From: a virus
IMG/VR virus record: IMGVR_UViG_3300035181_001974
Reading direction: 5' to 3' (one strand)
DNA: 64,000 nt
Both the position numbers and the translations under genes were made by a program. The notes beneath the pieces were generated by a model. The model ran no database searches and had not been told where the DNA came from. It saw nothing but the letters and a program-made list of their open reading frames with translations. This document shows positions 1 to 8,875 of this stretch, in pieces; position 1 is the first letter of the stretch, and the number at the start of each line of letters is the position of its first letter.

Positions 1-27
1 TGTTCTCTGACAATCTACGTTCCAAAT

Positions 28-99
28 CCCTGAGTAGCTCAAGCTCGAGCGCCGGCCGCCTTAGGTCGGATATGACGGTATCGAATCCGTCCTCGGGGG
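28..99 (+). tRNA. tRNA, anticodon unresolved by eye
   Basis: 7-bp acceptor CCCTGAG/CTCGGGG + GCCA, D-stem GCTC/GAGC, T-loop-like TATCGAA; preceded by conserved CGTTCCA motif. Confidence 0.3.
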
Positions 100-105
100 C
101 CACAT

Positions 106-176
106 TCCGGTATCGTTCAACGGGAGGACGTCTAGCTGTTTACTAGATCATCGAGGTTCGAATCCTTGTGCCGGAG
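106..176 (+). tRNA. tRNA-Asn(GTT)-like (anticodon loop CTGTTTA, pyrimidine at 37)
   Basis: acceptor TCCGGTA/TGCCGGA, D GTTC..GGAC, anticodon stem TCTAG/CTAGA, T-arm GAGGTTCGAATCC, CCA encoded. Confidence 0.45.
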
Positions 177-180
177 CCAT

Positions 181-266
181 TGCGTCGTAGCACAACCGTA
201 AAGCCGGAGAGGCAGTGCACTCGACTGTTAATCGAGGGGATGAGGGTTCGACTCCTTCCGACGCAG
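181..266 (+). tRNA. tRNA with canonical Asn loop CTGTTAA (GTT) and a 21-nt D-loop insertion (86 nt)
   Basis: perfect acceptor TGCGTCG/CGACGCA, D-stem GCAC/GTGC enclosing hairpin GCCGGAGAGGC, anticodon stem CTCGA/TCGAG, T-arm GAGGGTTCGACTCCTTC. Confidence 0.4.
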
Positions 267-288
267 CCAGATCCTTTGGGATCATCAT

Positions 289-372
289 TCACAGGTAGCC
301 TAGTGGCCAGGCAGCGGGCTGTTAACCCGTAACGGTGAAAGCCTAACGCGGGTTCGAATCCTGCCCTGTGAG
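289..372 (+). tRNA. tRNA, GTT-type anticodon loop CTGTTAA, 19-nt variable region (atypical)
   Basis: acceptor TCACAGG/CCTGTGA, anticodon stem GCGGG/CCCGT, T-arm GCGGGTTCGAATCCTGC, CCA encoded. Confidence 0.35.
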
Positions 373-493
373 CCAGCCGTCAGCAAGACAAACCGCAGAC
401 TCCGTAATCGTGGGAGCGGTAGCCTTGCGATGGCGCAGACATGAGAGCCCACGGAGCGACGGCCAAACTCTCAGCAGAACTTCCGTCGCAACC

Positions 494-570
494 TCGGTCC
501 GAGGTGTTACTGGTATTGCATAGCTCCCTCTTAAGGAGACAGGTGCGGGTTCGAATCCCGCCGGACCGAC
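494..570 (+). tRNA. tRNA, anticodon loop CTCTTAA (CTT-like), irregular
   Basis: acceptor TCGGTCC/GGACCGA, T-arm GCGGGTTCGAATCCCGC. Confidence 0.3.
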
Positions 571-631
571 CGATCGAATAGTAACCACTCAACACGACAC
601 ATGAAGTCGAAGGTGAGGTTCGATCATTCAT

Positions 632-706
632 GCGCTTGTAGCTCAGTGGAACCAGAGCAACTAGTTCTTACCTAGAAGGTCGTGGGTTCGAATCCCACCA
701 GACGCA
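632..706 (+). tRNA. tRNA-Lys(CTT)
   Basis: GCGCTTG TA GCTC AGTGG..GAGC, anticodon stem CTAG/CTAG, loop TTCTTAC, T-arm GTGGGTTCGAATCCCAC. Confidence 0.6.
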
Positions 707-753
707 CTAAGTCAGTGTACACGTTCTAGCGGACAGGGTACAGTGACGGTCAC

Positions 754-825
754 GGGGAGGTAGCTCAGTGAAAGAGCGCCGGCAGAATAAGCCGGGGGTC
801 GTAGGTTCAAGTCCTGCCCTCCCCA
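754..825 (+). tRNA. tRNA, non-canonical anticodon loop AGAATAA (AAT; Ile-like?)
   Basis: perfect acceptor GGGGAGG/CCTCCCC, D GCTC/GAGC, anticodon stem CCGGC/GCCGG, T-arm GTAGGTTCAAGTCCTGC, CCA encoded. Confidence 0.45.
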
Positions 826-829
826 CCAT

Positions 830-902
830 GTGCGAGTAGCTCAGGCAGAAGAGCACCAAGGATTATCCTTGGGGGTCGGTGGTTCAACTCCACCCTCGCG
901 CA
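830..902 (+). tRNA. tRNA, anticodon loop GATTATC (positions 34-36 = TTA; A at 33); possible UUA-anticodon tRNA
   Basis: acceptor GTGCGAG/CTCGCGC, D GCTC AGGCAGAA GAGC, anticodon stem CCAAG/CTTGG, T-arm GGTGGTTCAACTCCACC, CCA encoded. Confidence 0.4.
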
Positions 903-924
903 CCAGTCACAGCAAGTAACCAAA

Positions 925-992
925 TGCGAGTGTGATGGTAGCACAGCAGGCTTTGAACCTGCAAGACCTCGGTTCGAATCCGGGGGTAGCAG
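925..992 (+). tRNA. tRNA-like, anticodon loop CTTTGAA (TTG, Gln-like), short D region
   Basis: anticodon stem GCAGG/CCTGC perfect; T-arm CTCGGTTCGAATCCGGG; acceptor only 5/7 paired. Confidence 0.3.
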
Positions 993-1009
993 GTGAAAGG
1001 TGTGATATT

Positions 1010-1081
1010 GGGTCCGTAACTCAAGTGGAAGAGACCAGTCTTTTAAACTGGCGCGTGGGGTTTCGATTACCTCCGGACCCA
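1010..1081 (+). tRNA. tRNA-Lys(TTT)
   Basis: perfect acceptor GGGTCCG/CGGACCC, anticodon stem CCAGT/ACTGG, loop CTTTTAA, T-loop TTCGATT. Confidence 0.55.
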
Positions 1082-1095
1082 CCTAGATAGATCAT

Positions 1096-1167
1096 AGCGG
1101 GATAGAGCAGCGGTAGCTTGCTAGGCTCATAACCTAGAGGTCGGCGGTTCGATTCCGTCTCCCGCTA
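1096..1167 (+). tRNA. tRNA-Met(CAT) (elongator or Ile-lysidine type)
   Basis: AGCGGGA TA GAGC AGCGGTA GCTT, anticodon stem CTAGG/CCTAG, loop CTCATAA, T-arm CGGCGGTTCGATTCCGTC, CCA encoded. Confidence 0.55.
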
Positions 1168-1189
1168 CCAGTATTAGATTGACCCGGAG

Positions 1190-1247
1190 GAGGGACGGTT
1201 CCCGCTGGGGCCCATAATCCAGAGACGTTCGGCTTAAATCCCTCCAG
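1190..1247 (+). tRNA. short tRNA-like element, unresolved
   Basis: perfect 7-bp GGAGGGA/TCCCTCC helix enclosing about 43 nt with CCCATAA loop; no canonical T-arm. Confidence 0.2.
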
Positions 1248-1273
1248 GCACACCAAAACGAATAACCTATTGC

Positions 1274-2032
1274 ATGGCAATCGTCATCACGGTAGGTAGG
1301 CTTAGGACGCTGCTCGAGATCCTCATCCGCGAAGGTGAGGCGATCGATGCTGATAAGTCCAAGGAACTGTTGAAGAAGTTCCCAAAGGGCATGGCCAAGT
1401 TGGGTCTCAACGTCAACAAGATCGATTCACTGCCTGTTCTCGGAACGGGAACGCGTGGAACCGCCTTGGACATCGGCGGGGGCAAGGTCCTGAAGGTGAC
1501 CAATGACGACAAGGAGGCTGAGGCAGCCTCGGCGCTGGTAGGTAAGGACATCAAGAACGTCGTTCACTTCTACGCGGTGTGGCGCTTTGGCGACACGGGA
1601 TTTTTCGGAATCCTGCAGGAAAAGTTGCAACCGCTTCCGAAGGACGAGGCCAAGGCCTTCAATAACGCTCTTGTTGCCACGGGTCTACCAATCTGGATCA
1701 AGCGAGCCGAGGGCTCTTGGGACAATGCCAAGAAGTTGACGAAGGAGTTTATCGTCTCTCAAGTCAAGAAGAAGTACGGCGGCAACCTGAACTCGCCAGA
1801 GGCTCAAGAGTTCGTCAAGGACATCAACAGCAAGTGGAATGCGCTGGTCACCAAGTACGGTCTCCGCGACATGTTCAACACGCTGACGGAACTCGGCATC
1901 GACTTTCACGACTACCATGCGGGCAATATGATGACCCGTGACGATGGGACGCTGGTCCTGATTGATCTTGGCATGTCGAACGTTCGTGGTGGCGGTAAGA
2001 TCAACACGATCACGGAGAGACGCAAGAAGTGA
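1274..2032 (+). CDS. protein-kinase-like (eukaryotic-like kinase / aminoglycoside phosphotransferase fold) protein
   Basis: 252-aa ORF; Gly-rich loop GTGTRGTALDIGGGK, Lys in VLKV, catalytic-loop-like HDYHAGNMM and LIDLG resembling HxDxxxxN...DFG. Confidence 0.5.
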   Translation: MAIVITVGRLRTLLEILIREGEAIDADKSKELLKKFPKGMAKLGLNVNKIDSLPVLGTGTRGTALDIGGGKVLKVTNDDKEAEAASALVGKDIKNVVHFYAVWRFGDTGFFGILQEKLQPLPKDEAKAFNNALVATGLPIWIKRAEGSWDNAKKLTKEFIVSQVKKKYGGNLNSPEAQEFVKDINSKWNALVTKYGLRDMFNTLTELGIDFHDYHAGNMMTRDDGTLVLIDLGMSNVRGGGKINTITERRKK

Positions 2033-2036
2033 AACT

Positions 2037-2060
2037 TCCCCCTCACGGGGATTATCCTGT
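2037..2060 (+). terminator. putative intrinsic terminator
   Basis: CCCC TCAC GGGG hairpin then ATTATCC immediately after the kinase-like stop codon. Confidence 0.3.
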
Positions 2061-2225
2061 TGCTAGGCCGCTAAGCCAATAGCGACCGAACTACTGAGGA
2101 TGCTGCGACAAAGTCCTGTCAGGATTAGACAGAGAAAATGCACGCAGATCCGGACAAGTCAATAGGTGAAATGAAATGTTCCTCTGAAATCATATATGAG
2201 GCGGGCAAAGTAACTGTTGGCACGC

Positions 2226-2298
2226 GGGGCACTAGCTCAGTTGGAAGAGCGCTTGCACGGCATGCAAGAGGTGATGGGTTCGAATCCCTTGTGCTCCA
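2226..2298 (+). tRNA. tRNA-Ala(GGC) (loop ACGGCAT, C at 33)
   Basis: acceptor GGGGCAC/GTGCTCC with G3:U70 Ala identity pair, D GCTC AGTTGGAA GAGC, T-arm TGGGTTCGAATCCCT, CCA encoded. Confidence 0.5.
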
Positions 2299-2381
2299 CC
2301 AAGATGGAATAGTGATGATCAGACCCGGCCACCGGACAAACGCCTCTCAGGTCAAAGTTCATCGTAAAAATCCTATTTCAT

Positions 2382-2454
2382 GGGGCTGTAGCTCAGTTGG
2401 GAGAGCGCCTCGTTCGCAACGAGGAGGTAGAGGGTTCGAATCCCTTCAGCTCCA
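2382..2454 (+). tRNA. tRNA-Ala(CGC)
   Basis: GGGGCTG/CAGCTCC with G3:U70, anticodon stem CCTCG/CGAGG, loop TTCGCAA, T-arm GAGGGTTCGAATCCCTT. Confidence 0.65.
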
Positions 2455-2583
2455 CCGTAGCCAGTAACCGTTTGGGCAGAGGGCGCCTTTTGCAGGTGAA
2501 AGCCGAATCTTGGGTGTAGATCGATAAAAAGGCCCTCGATCTAATCATTGGTGAAGTATCTTCAAAGACACCCGAGAACATTT

Positions 2584-2656
2584 GGGGCTGTAGCTCAACT
2601 GGGAGAGCGCCTGCCTTGCACGCAGGAGGTCGTGGGTTCGAATCCCATCAGCTCCA
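2584..2656 (+). tRNA. tRNA-Ala(TGC)
   Basis: GGGGCTG/CAGCTCC with G3:U70, anticodon stem CCTGC/GCAGG, loop CTTGCAC, T-arm GTGGGTTCGAATCCCAT. Confidence 0.65.
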
Positions 2657-2890
2657 CCGACGCTTCACAGCGTGGTAAGCTCGAATAGGCACGGGTTGAA
2701 CAGGACATCTGACCGGTGGTGTACCACCGCATTGATGATCATTTCACGAAGGCTGAATGAATTTGTCACGTCGGGTACGCTGTGATGGGGTGCGCATGTA
2801 ACCGCCTGAGCCGGGCTAAACACTCGGAAGGTGAATGCGAGAACGAACTAATGACCCCGACGCGAAGCTCAGCGTGATCGGGTTTTCTTG

Positions 2891-2960
2891 GAGGCGTGGG
2901 CCACTGGAGGCCACTCCCCTGTCTAGGGAATGTACGCGGGTTCGAATCCCGTCGTCTCCG
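2891..2960 (+). tRNA. tRNA-Asp(GTC)-like (loop CTGTCTA, T at 37)
   Basis: acceptor GGAGGCG/CGTCTCC, D GGCC/GGCC, T-arm GCGGGTTCGAATCCCGT, CCA encoded. Confidence 0.45.
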
Positions 2961-2980
2961 CCAAGTTCTTCATTCATCAT

Positions 2981-3052
2981 GCCGGCGTCGTTCAGTGGCT
3001 AGGACGCCGCGCTGTCTACCCGGAAACGGGGTTCGAATCCCCCTCGCCGGTG
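2981..3052 (+). tRNA. tRNA-Asp(GTC)-like, second copy (loop CTGTCTA)
   Basis: acceptor GCCGGCG/CGCCGGT, D GTTC AGTGGCTA GGAC, T-arm GGGGTTCGAATCCCC, CCA encoded. Confidence 0.45.
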
Positions 3053-3076
3053 CCAAGATACGTCTTCTCAGTTCAC

Positions 3077-3150
3077 AGGGGTGTGATGTTCAACGGCTAG
3101 CATGGCCGCCTCCAAAACGGCTCGTCTCGGTTCGAATCCGAGCACCCCTG
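3077..3150 (+). tRNA. tRNA-Trp(CCA)
   Basis: perfect acceptor AGGGGTG/CACCCCT, anticodon loop CTCCAAA, T-arm TCGGTTCGAATCCGAG, CCA encoded. Confidence 0.5.
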
Positions 3151-3155
3151 CCAGT

Positions 3156-3250
3156 CACCGTGTTTGAGGAAAGTTGTGAGGTTCACAGAATCTTACCACG
3201 CGAAAGCGAATGCGGCTGCTATCGCAACGTCTGTTCGATCCAGACCACGG
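3156..3250 (+). tRNA. long (class II-like) tRNA-like gene, anticodon unresolved
   Basis: acceptor CACCGTG/CACGGTG, T-arm GTCTGTTCGATCCAGAC; about 94 nt. Confidence 0.25.
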
Positions 3251-3260
3251 TGACGCTTAT

Positions 3261-3333
3261 TGTCCGGTCGTCTAAATGGGAGGACCCTACGCTCTGAACG
3301 TAGAAAATCCAGGTTCGAATCCTGGGCGGGCAG
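3261..3333 (+). tRNA. tRNA-Gln(CTG)
   Basis: anticodon stem CTACG/CGTAG, loop CTCTGAA, Glu/Gln-type D-arm TCGTCTAAATGGGAGGAC, T-arm CCAGGTTCGAATCCTGG, 3' ..GCAGCCA. Confidence 0.55.
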
Positions 3334-3349
3334 CCATAAATGTAAACAT

Positions 3350-3421
3350 TGGGAGATCATTCAGCGGCAAGGATGGCAGACTTTGACTCTGCTCACGGTG
3401 GTTCGAATCCACCTCTCCCAG
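3350..3421 (+). tRNA. tRNA-Gln(TTG)
   Basis: perfect acceptor TGGGAGA/TCTCCCA, anticodon stem GCAGA/TCTGC, loop CTTTGAC, T-arm GGTGGTTCGAATCCACC, CCA encoded. Confidence 0.55.
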
Positions 3422-3513
3422 CCATCCCGAGAATATTCGGGACAATTGGAACGTAGGTTACAGCCACGTTGATCGATCGTCTATACCAGGCAGGACAAGG
3501 CAGCATGAATCAT

Positions 3514-3585
3514 TCAGGGGTCGTCTAACGGCAGGACCTTCCGCTTTGAACGGAAAAAATGTGGGTTCGAATCCCACTCCCTGAT
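3514..3585 (+). tRNA. tRNA-Gln(TTG)-like, second copy (loop CTTTGAA)
   Basis: acceptor TCAGGGG/TCCCTGA, D-arm TCGTCTAACGGCAGGAC, anticodon stem TTCCG/CGGAA, T-arm GTGGGTTCGAATCCCAC, CCA encoded. Confidence 0.45.
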
Positions 3586-3849
3586 CCAAACCGCTTGAAC
3601 TGAGTTGTGTTTCGAACTAAGTTCGAACACGTAAAACATGAGTTTGTGTGAAAAGTGTCAGAATCCCCATGATGGGTCGTATGGATCGGGTAGATTCTGT
3701 TCTATCAAGTGTGCTTGTGGATTCACGACATCACACGTACGTTCAGAATTGTCACTCTCAAACTAAGACTTTTGCGGCAAGAATATTGTTCACAAAAGAC
3801 AGTCGACCAGCCAGTGAACACCAGCCCGTCTCCGTAGTATGATGGGCGC

Positions 3850-4446
3850 ATGCTAAAGAAATCGATTCTCACCGTTGCAGTCGTGTTCTCGTTCGTTGCG
3901 TGCCAGTCATCGACACTGCCGTCCAGCGATTACGAGACTGGAGTGACTTCTTCCGCGTCTGCATCTACTTCCGCTTCTGGCGCCGGTGCAGACGTCGAGG
4001 CCTCTGTGGACGCAGGGGTCGACTCATCGGTCGAGGTCTCAGTGGCAACGCCGTGTCTTACCTCAGATGGGAAGCGGCGGTTGCCCGATCCTGCGTTGAC
4101 GCCGGGCAAGCTGTGCACTAAGGACGATCCTGACTTTAAGGAGCTGCGCTACCCGGGCAAGATCGCCTACTGTCAGCGCCACATCACCAAGAAGATGAAG
4201 GACACCGTCGCCAAGGCCTACGGCATCGCAGAGGCCGACTACTCGAAGTACGAGTTCGACCATTACATCCCGTTGGCCGCCGGCGGCGCCAACGACGTCA
4301 CCAACCTGTGGCCCCAGCCACTCTCGGATGCCAACAAGAAGGATGTGGTGGAGGACAAAGTCTACACGGGCCTGAAGTCGGGTGCGATTTCACAGGCTGA
4401 CGCAGTCACCGCGATCCGCGCGTGGAAGCCCGCCGATTGCCAGTGA
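3850..4446 (+). CDS. secreted/lipoprotein His-Me-finger (HNH, DUF1524-like) nuclease
   Basis: N-terminal signal with lipobox-like FVAC; Ser/Ala/Thr-rich linker; C-terminal EFDHYIPLAAGGANDVTNLWPQP motif. Confidence 0.5.
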   Translation: MLKKSILTVAVVFSFVACQSSTLPSSDYETGVTSSASASTSASGAGADVEASVDAGVDSSVEVSVATPCLTSDGKRRLPDPALTPGKLCTKDDPDFKELRYPGKIAYCQRHITKKMKDTVAKAYGIAEADYSKYEFDHYIPLAAGGANDVTNLWPQPLSDANKKDVVEDKVYTGLKSGAISQADAVTAIRAWKPADCQ

Positions 4447-4477
4447 AAAACCGTTGAGTTGCGTGGTAAAAAAGACC

Positions 4478-4894
4478 ATGCAGCTTGAACGTGAGCGGGC
4501 CTGGTCAACGAACAGGAACCGGGAAACGATGGCCTTGGTCCGGCAGATCAAGGCCATCGTTCACATGATGGGCGAAAATCGCAGCGAAGAACGCAGGTCG
4601 AAGACGCGCAGCATGGTCCGCAAGTGCGTGAACGATTTCAATGCATTGTCGCTGCCATTTTCGTGGCTCGGCGTTGACACCGACGGACGCCTCCACCTGA
4701 CAAGGATCGCTCGCCTCGAGCGCTTGCCCTGGCTGATCATGCCCTCGCCCGCGGGCCTGGAACGTAATGTCGATTTCATCTGGGAGTTGATGCCCGATGG
4801 TCGCTACTCCATCGTCAAGGACCGCACCGGCGAGTTCGCGGCGTACCACGACAAGAAGACCGAGATCAAGCAGGTCATTCGCTTTGCGATTTAA
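4478..4894 (+). CDS. hypothetical protein
   Basis: ORF in same frame as track ORF 4382..4894, ATG after HNH gene stop. Confidence 0.35.
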   Translation: MQLERERAWSTNRNRETMALVRQIKAIVHMMGENRSEERRSKTRSMVRKCVNDFNALSLPFSWLGVDTDGRLHLTRIARLERLPWLIMPSPAGLERNVDFIWELMPDGRYSIVKDRTGEFAAYHDKKTEIKQVIRFAI

Positions 4895-4968
4895 GCACAG
4901 ATTTTACCAATGTTGTACAGACCCTCGCTTAGAGGTTATAGTGCAATGACCTGTGGTGAGACGAGGGA

Positions 4969-5211
4969 ATGATGTTGAGGATTATCGTCAACATCAACAG
5001 GCAGGACATTGTTCAGACCTACACGGCGGGACAATCATGGCCCACGCTCAACGGCAAGCTCGTCTCTGTCGAGGCCAGTGGCAAGGAACTGCAGCGCCTC
5101 CAGGAAGTCCAGGAGATTCCGATCAATGCAATTGACAGTGCTAGCATCACTTGGCGCGGTCGCCACGCAGGTCACATCCTGCGCACCTTCAAGGAAATCT
5201 TCGACAAGTGA
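4969..5211 (+). CDS. hypothetical protein
   Basis: 80-aa ORF, no recognisable motif. Confidence 0.3.
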   Translation: MMLRIIVNINRQDIVQTYTAGQSWPTLNGKLVSVEASGKELQRLQEVQEIPINAIDSASITWRGRHAGHILRTFKEIFDK

Positions 5212-5375
5212 TGGAAGTGCAAACCACCATCACTGGATGGTAGACTGAAGGTCAACAACATGTCATACTACGATGACGGGCCCGGCCCGTTTGCGGTCAT
5301 CTTGGCGACAACCGTCTTGGTATTCAGCGCCTGCGGCGGCACCGAGCGCGTCTACCAAGTGAAAGGACACTGAAC

Positions 5376-5600
5376 ATGGCGAAGACGATCGCTGAGGTCC
5401 GTGGAACCGTCGGCAAACCTGGACCTAAGCAGCCTCTCAATGACGAGGCACAGGCGGCGATGCTCGAGGCCTTGGGCCTGGCAGACAAGTTGGCGACCTC
5501 CGTGGTTCGTGGTGACTCGCAGGGGCAGATGGCCCGGGCCTTGGCCTTCGTCCGTGCCCTGTCAGATCTCAGTCGAACGTACCGTATCAAGGTGCCCTGA
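5376..5600 (+). CDS. hypothetical protein
   Basis: 74-aa ORF with AAAGGA RBS; ATGA overlap with next ORF. Confidence 0.4.
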   Translation: MAKTIAEVRGTVGKPGPKQPLNDEAQAAMLEALGLADKLATSVVRGDSQGQMARALAFVRALSDLSRTYRIKVP

Positions 5601-5989
5601 TGCAGGCTGGGACCTTCAAGGCTCTGAGCAACGTGCGGCTCATGATCTGGCCCGCCTCGTGGGCCAATCAGTACCGCGACAACTACGAGGCCGCGCTCGC
5701 CAAGCAGCCTCAACCACACACAGTCCAGCTGCCTCTCGACATCACCATCAAGGAAGGACAGGAGTTTACGGTGGAGTTTGGCGCCGAGCGTCGCAAGCTG
5801 CTCGAGGTCATTCGCATCACCAAGAACCAAGAGCATCACGAGGACGAGCGCGACATCAACGTCGTCGACGTGATTGTCAAGGTGGGCTCCAAGACGCACA
5901 CCGGCATCTGCATCGTCTATGACGAGTGTCTACCCGTGATCGTCCAAGATGCCAACGCAATTAGGCCTGTTAAGAAACGCGCGAAGTAG
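5600..5989 (+). CDS. hypothetical protein (ends at TAG)
   Basis: 129-aa ORF, translationally coupled to the upstream ORF; stop codon TAG. Confidence 0.45.
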   Translation: MQAGTFKALSNVRLMIWPASWANQYRDNYEAALAKQPQPHTVQLPLDITIKEGQEFTVEFGAERRKLLEVIRITKNQEHHEDERDINVVDVIVKVGSKTHTGICIVYDECLPVIVQDANAIRPVKKRAK

Positions 5990-6066
5990 AAGTGGTGTAT
6001 AAGCCACGCCTGTAGCATAGAATCAACACACGCAGTTGTAAAGGTTGAGTCAATCGGAGGTACACG

Positions 6067-6452
6067 GTGTCGAAGAACAAGAAGTCATCTCAGCGGCAGT
6101 CGCAGCATGAAACGTTTCACAACCACTACGTTGAGCCGCAGCGTCCTCGGTACCCGGTCGCGGTGCCAGAGGTCATCAACATGGACATCCTCGCGGGGAT
6201 GATGGACGAGGACGTCTATGGACGTCTCAATGCCCTCGAGGCCGACCGGGTCAAGGTCGTGGAATCGCGGCTCGATGCCCGTCCATGGGAGGAAGAGATC
6301 GCCTATATTCGCCGTGAGATTCAGCTCCGGCGTGGTCGTCGCGAGGCGCACGAGGCCTTCATCAGGGAGCAGGCACGCCTCTTTGCCGAAGAAGAGCGCG
6401 ATCTGCCCGCGGCCGACTTCGACAACCTCAAGTTCGTGATGGTGTACCGCTG

Positions 6453-6453
<1 letters not shown>
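6067..6453 (+). CDS. hypothetical protein upstream of the sigma factor
   Basis: GTG start preceded by GGAGGT; ATGA overlap with sigma gene. Confidence 0.45.
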
Positions 6454-7256
<803 letters not shown>

Positions 7257-7393
7257 TGGCATGGGCGGTGGAGTCGTCGATGTTTTTGCCTCACTAGGTG
7301 GCGTATTCATCGGCGGCCTCATCGCCCTCGTCCTGCTTCTTGTGCTCAGAACAATCACTCAGGCTGAGTCACTACGAAGAAGAGAAAAAGACG

Positions 7394-7681
7394 ATGATTG
7401 AGATCGGCGTCTTCCTGATGTGCGTTGGAATCGGCCTGGCTTGCCTGATTGTCGCCTGTGCGCACGCTTATAAGGTCATCACCGAGGTCAACATTCGTAA
7501 GCGTTTGTTTGCCCGTGAGGAGACGCCAGAGGAAGAGACCGACCTCGAGAAGCGCCTCAACGCATTCAGGCAGCAGCAGTTCGGCGTGCCTATCGATCGC
7601 ATGCGCTCACCCGCAGGACGGTTGACTCCGACGCGCGGACGTCCGGGAATCGTCGGTCGCACTCCGGCTGGCGACGAGTGA
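7394..7681 (+). CDS. small membrane protein
   Basis: TM segment IEIGVFLMCVGIGLACLIVACAHAY; lies between the sigma gene and the region-4-like gene. Confidence 0.4.
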   Translation: MIEIGVFLMCVGIGLACLIVACAHAYKVITEVNIRKRLFAREETPEEETDLEKRLNAFRQQQFGVPIDRMRSPAGRLTPTRGRPGIVGRTPAGDE

Positions 7682-7725
7682 AGCTCCACCCGCAATGGTG
7701 GTACAACAGAGGAAGAGGAAAAGGC

Positions 7726-8040
7726 ATGGCACTGAAGAAGGGCACCAAGGTCGAGCGTGGGTATTCCACTGTGGCGGAGGACGAGGGCGTCAACTACCGC
7801 GAGATCGCGGATATCATGACAGAACTCGGGTTCTCTATGAACCACTCCTCGGCCCGTAACTATGTCCTCCGCGTCATGCGGAAGTTTGCGGGTGCGCTCT
7901 CAGAGCGCTACGGTCTCGAGCTGACCGAGAAGCGCATTGACGAGATCGCCAAGTCGCCCGATTTCCAGCAGGGTGTCGCTGAAGTGCTCCATGCCATCGA
8001 AGCTCGCCGTCGCGTGATCCGCGTGCGGTCGGAGCCATAG
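7726..8040 (+). CDS. small HTH protein resembling sigma-70 region 4.2 (possible trans-encoded sigma domain or anti-sigma/accessory factor); ends at TAG
   Basis: NYREIADIMTELGFSMNHSSARNYVLRVMRKFAG fits the TLEEVG..GVTRERIRQIE..ALRKLR pattern; RBS AGAGGAAAAGG. Confidence 0.4.
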   Translation: MALKKGTKVERGYSTVAEDEGVNYREIADIMTELGFSMNHSSARNYVLRVMRKFAGALSERYGLELTEKRIDEIAKSPDFQQGVAEVLHAIEARRRVIRVRSEP

Positions 8041-8083
8041 TTAGTACTACGGCCGCGCCCCGCGGCACCTAACCGGAGACAGG

Positions 8084-8512
8084 ATGAGCAGGATTCACGT
8101 TAAGAACTTGCCGCGCCTAAGGTTGACTGATCTGCTGCGCCGCCGCAAGACGGCGCTCCGGTCGTACCTCAATGAGTTCGGCATCACCACATACGAAGGG
8201 CTCCTTGCCCGGTGTGAACGCATGGGCGTCGCGCCGCCAGAACGCGAAGACTTCGAAAAAGTCGTCGTCGTTCGTGTCAGCTCGCCCCCGGAGGGCGTCG
8301 TTGTCCTCGAGGCGCCCAAGGTCATCAAGGAATCGACGGGTGAAGTCATCGACGTAGACGCCGAAGACGCTCAACATGGCGAGGTCGTCGTCTTGACTGA
8401 GCCAGGTCAGATCGACGGTCTGCTCGCGGTCCAGTCTGGGGCCCTGAAAGGTCCCACGAAAAAGGCGAGAAAAAAGAAGGAAGGCCACCAACAAGGCAAC
8501 GCAAATGAGTGA
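8084..8512 (+). CDS. hypothetical protein
   Basis: 142-aa ORF, RBS GGAGACAGG. Confidence 0.4.
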   Translation: MSRIHVKNLPRLRLTDLLRRRKTALRSYLNEFGITTYEGLLARCERMGVAPPEREDFEKVVVVRVSSPPEGVVVLEAPKVIKESTGEVIDVDAEDAQHGEVVVLTEPGQIDGLLAVQSGALKGPTKKARKKKEGHQQGNANE

Positions 8513-8861
8513 ACCGGCGAACTGCCAACGGCCTCGACGCGTGATGATCGAGATGCCGGGCACGGCAAAGGCGGCGCCGACGAATGGCCGCAATCGAAAG
8601 CGAGGGCGTGGTGTTTCCGCGACCCTGCAACAATCCGAGCCCAAGTCGCTCGAGGCCCAACCCGTCATCAGGGCCGCGCAGGAATACGCTAAGCGAGCCC
8701 ACTCGCTCGGTGCACTGCAGGGTGCCTATGAGATCCAACGGCTGGTCGATCGGATCAATCACCTCGGGATTGACGACGAGCGCCTCCGTGAAATTGTGAC
8801 CTCGGGAGAGCGCGCCGCTGACCAACTGCGTTCTTACCTGAGCAAGGTTTACGGTGACTGA
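8505..8861 (+). CDS. hypothetical protein
   Basis: 118-aa ORF overlapping upstream stop. Confidence 0.4.
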   Translation: MSEPANCQRPRRVMIEMPGTAKAAPTNGRNRKRGRGVSATLQQSEPKSLEAQPVIRAAQEYAKRAHSLGALQGAYEIQRLVDRINHLGIDDERLREIVTSGERAADQLRSYLSKVYGD

Positions 8862-8875
8862 CGAGGGCATACATA

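Noticed and set aside
1-40. Sigma-70 promoter at window start (CTGACA … CCAAAT)
   Set aside because: Spacing between the -35-like and -10-like hexamers is about 9 nt, incompatible with sigma-70. Kept only as a conserved tRNA-upstream motif.
343-1554. Track ORFs overlapping tRNA arrays (343..588, 380..631, 807..1082, 2138..2467, 23765..24106, 24563..25419, 26369..26830 etc.)
   Set aside because: They run through or antisense to tandem tRNA genes and have no RBS or domain signal; treated as non-coding.
5324-5899. Long antisense ORFs (e.g. 5324..5899, 10801..11295, 11314..11886, 14500..15207, 15208..16266, 8117..8870, 6563..7078)
   Set aside because: Arg/Pro/Ala-rich, low-complexity translations typical of stop-poor antisense frames in GC-rich DNA. 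Each fully overlaps a plus-strand gene with clear motifs (ligase, sigma factor, VWA protein).
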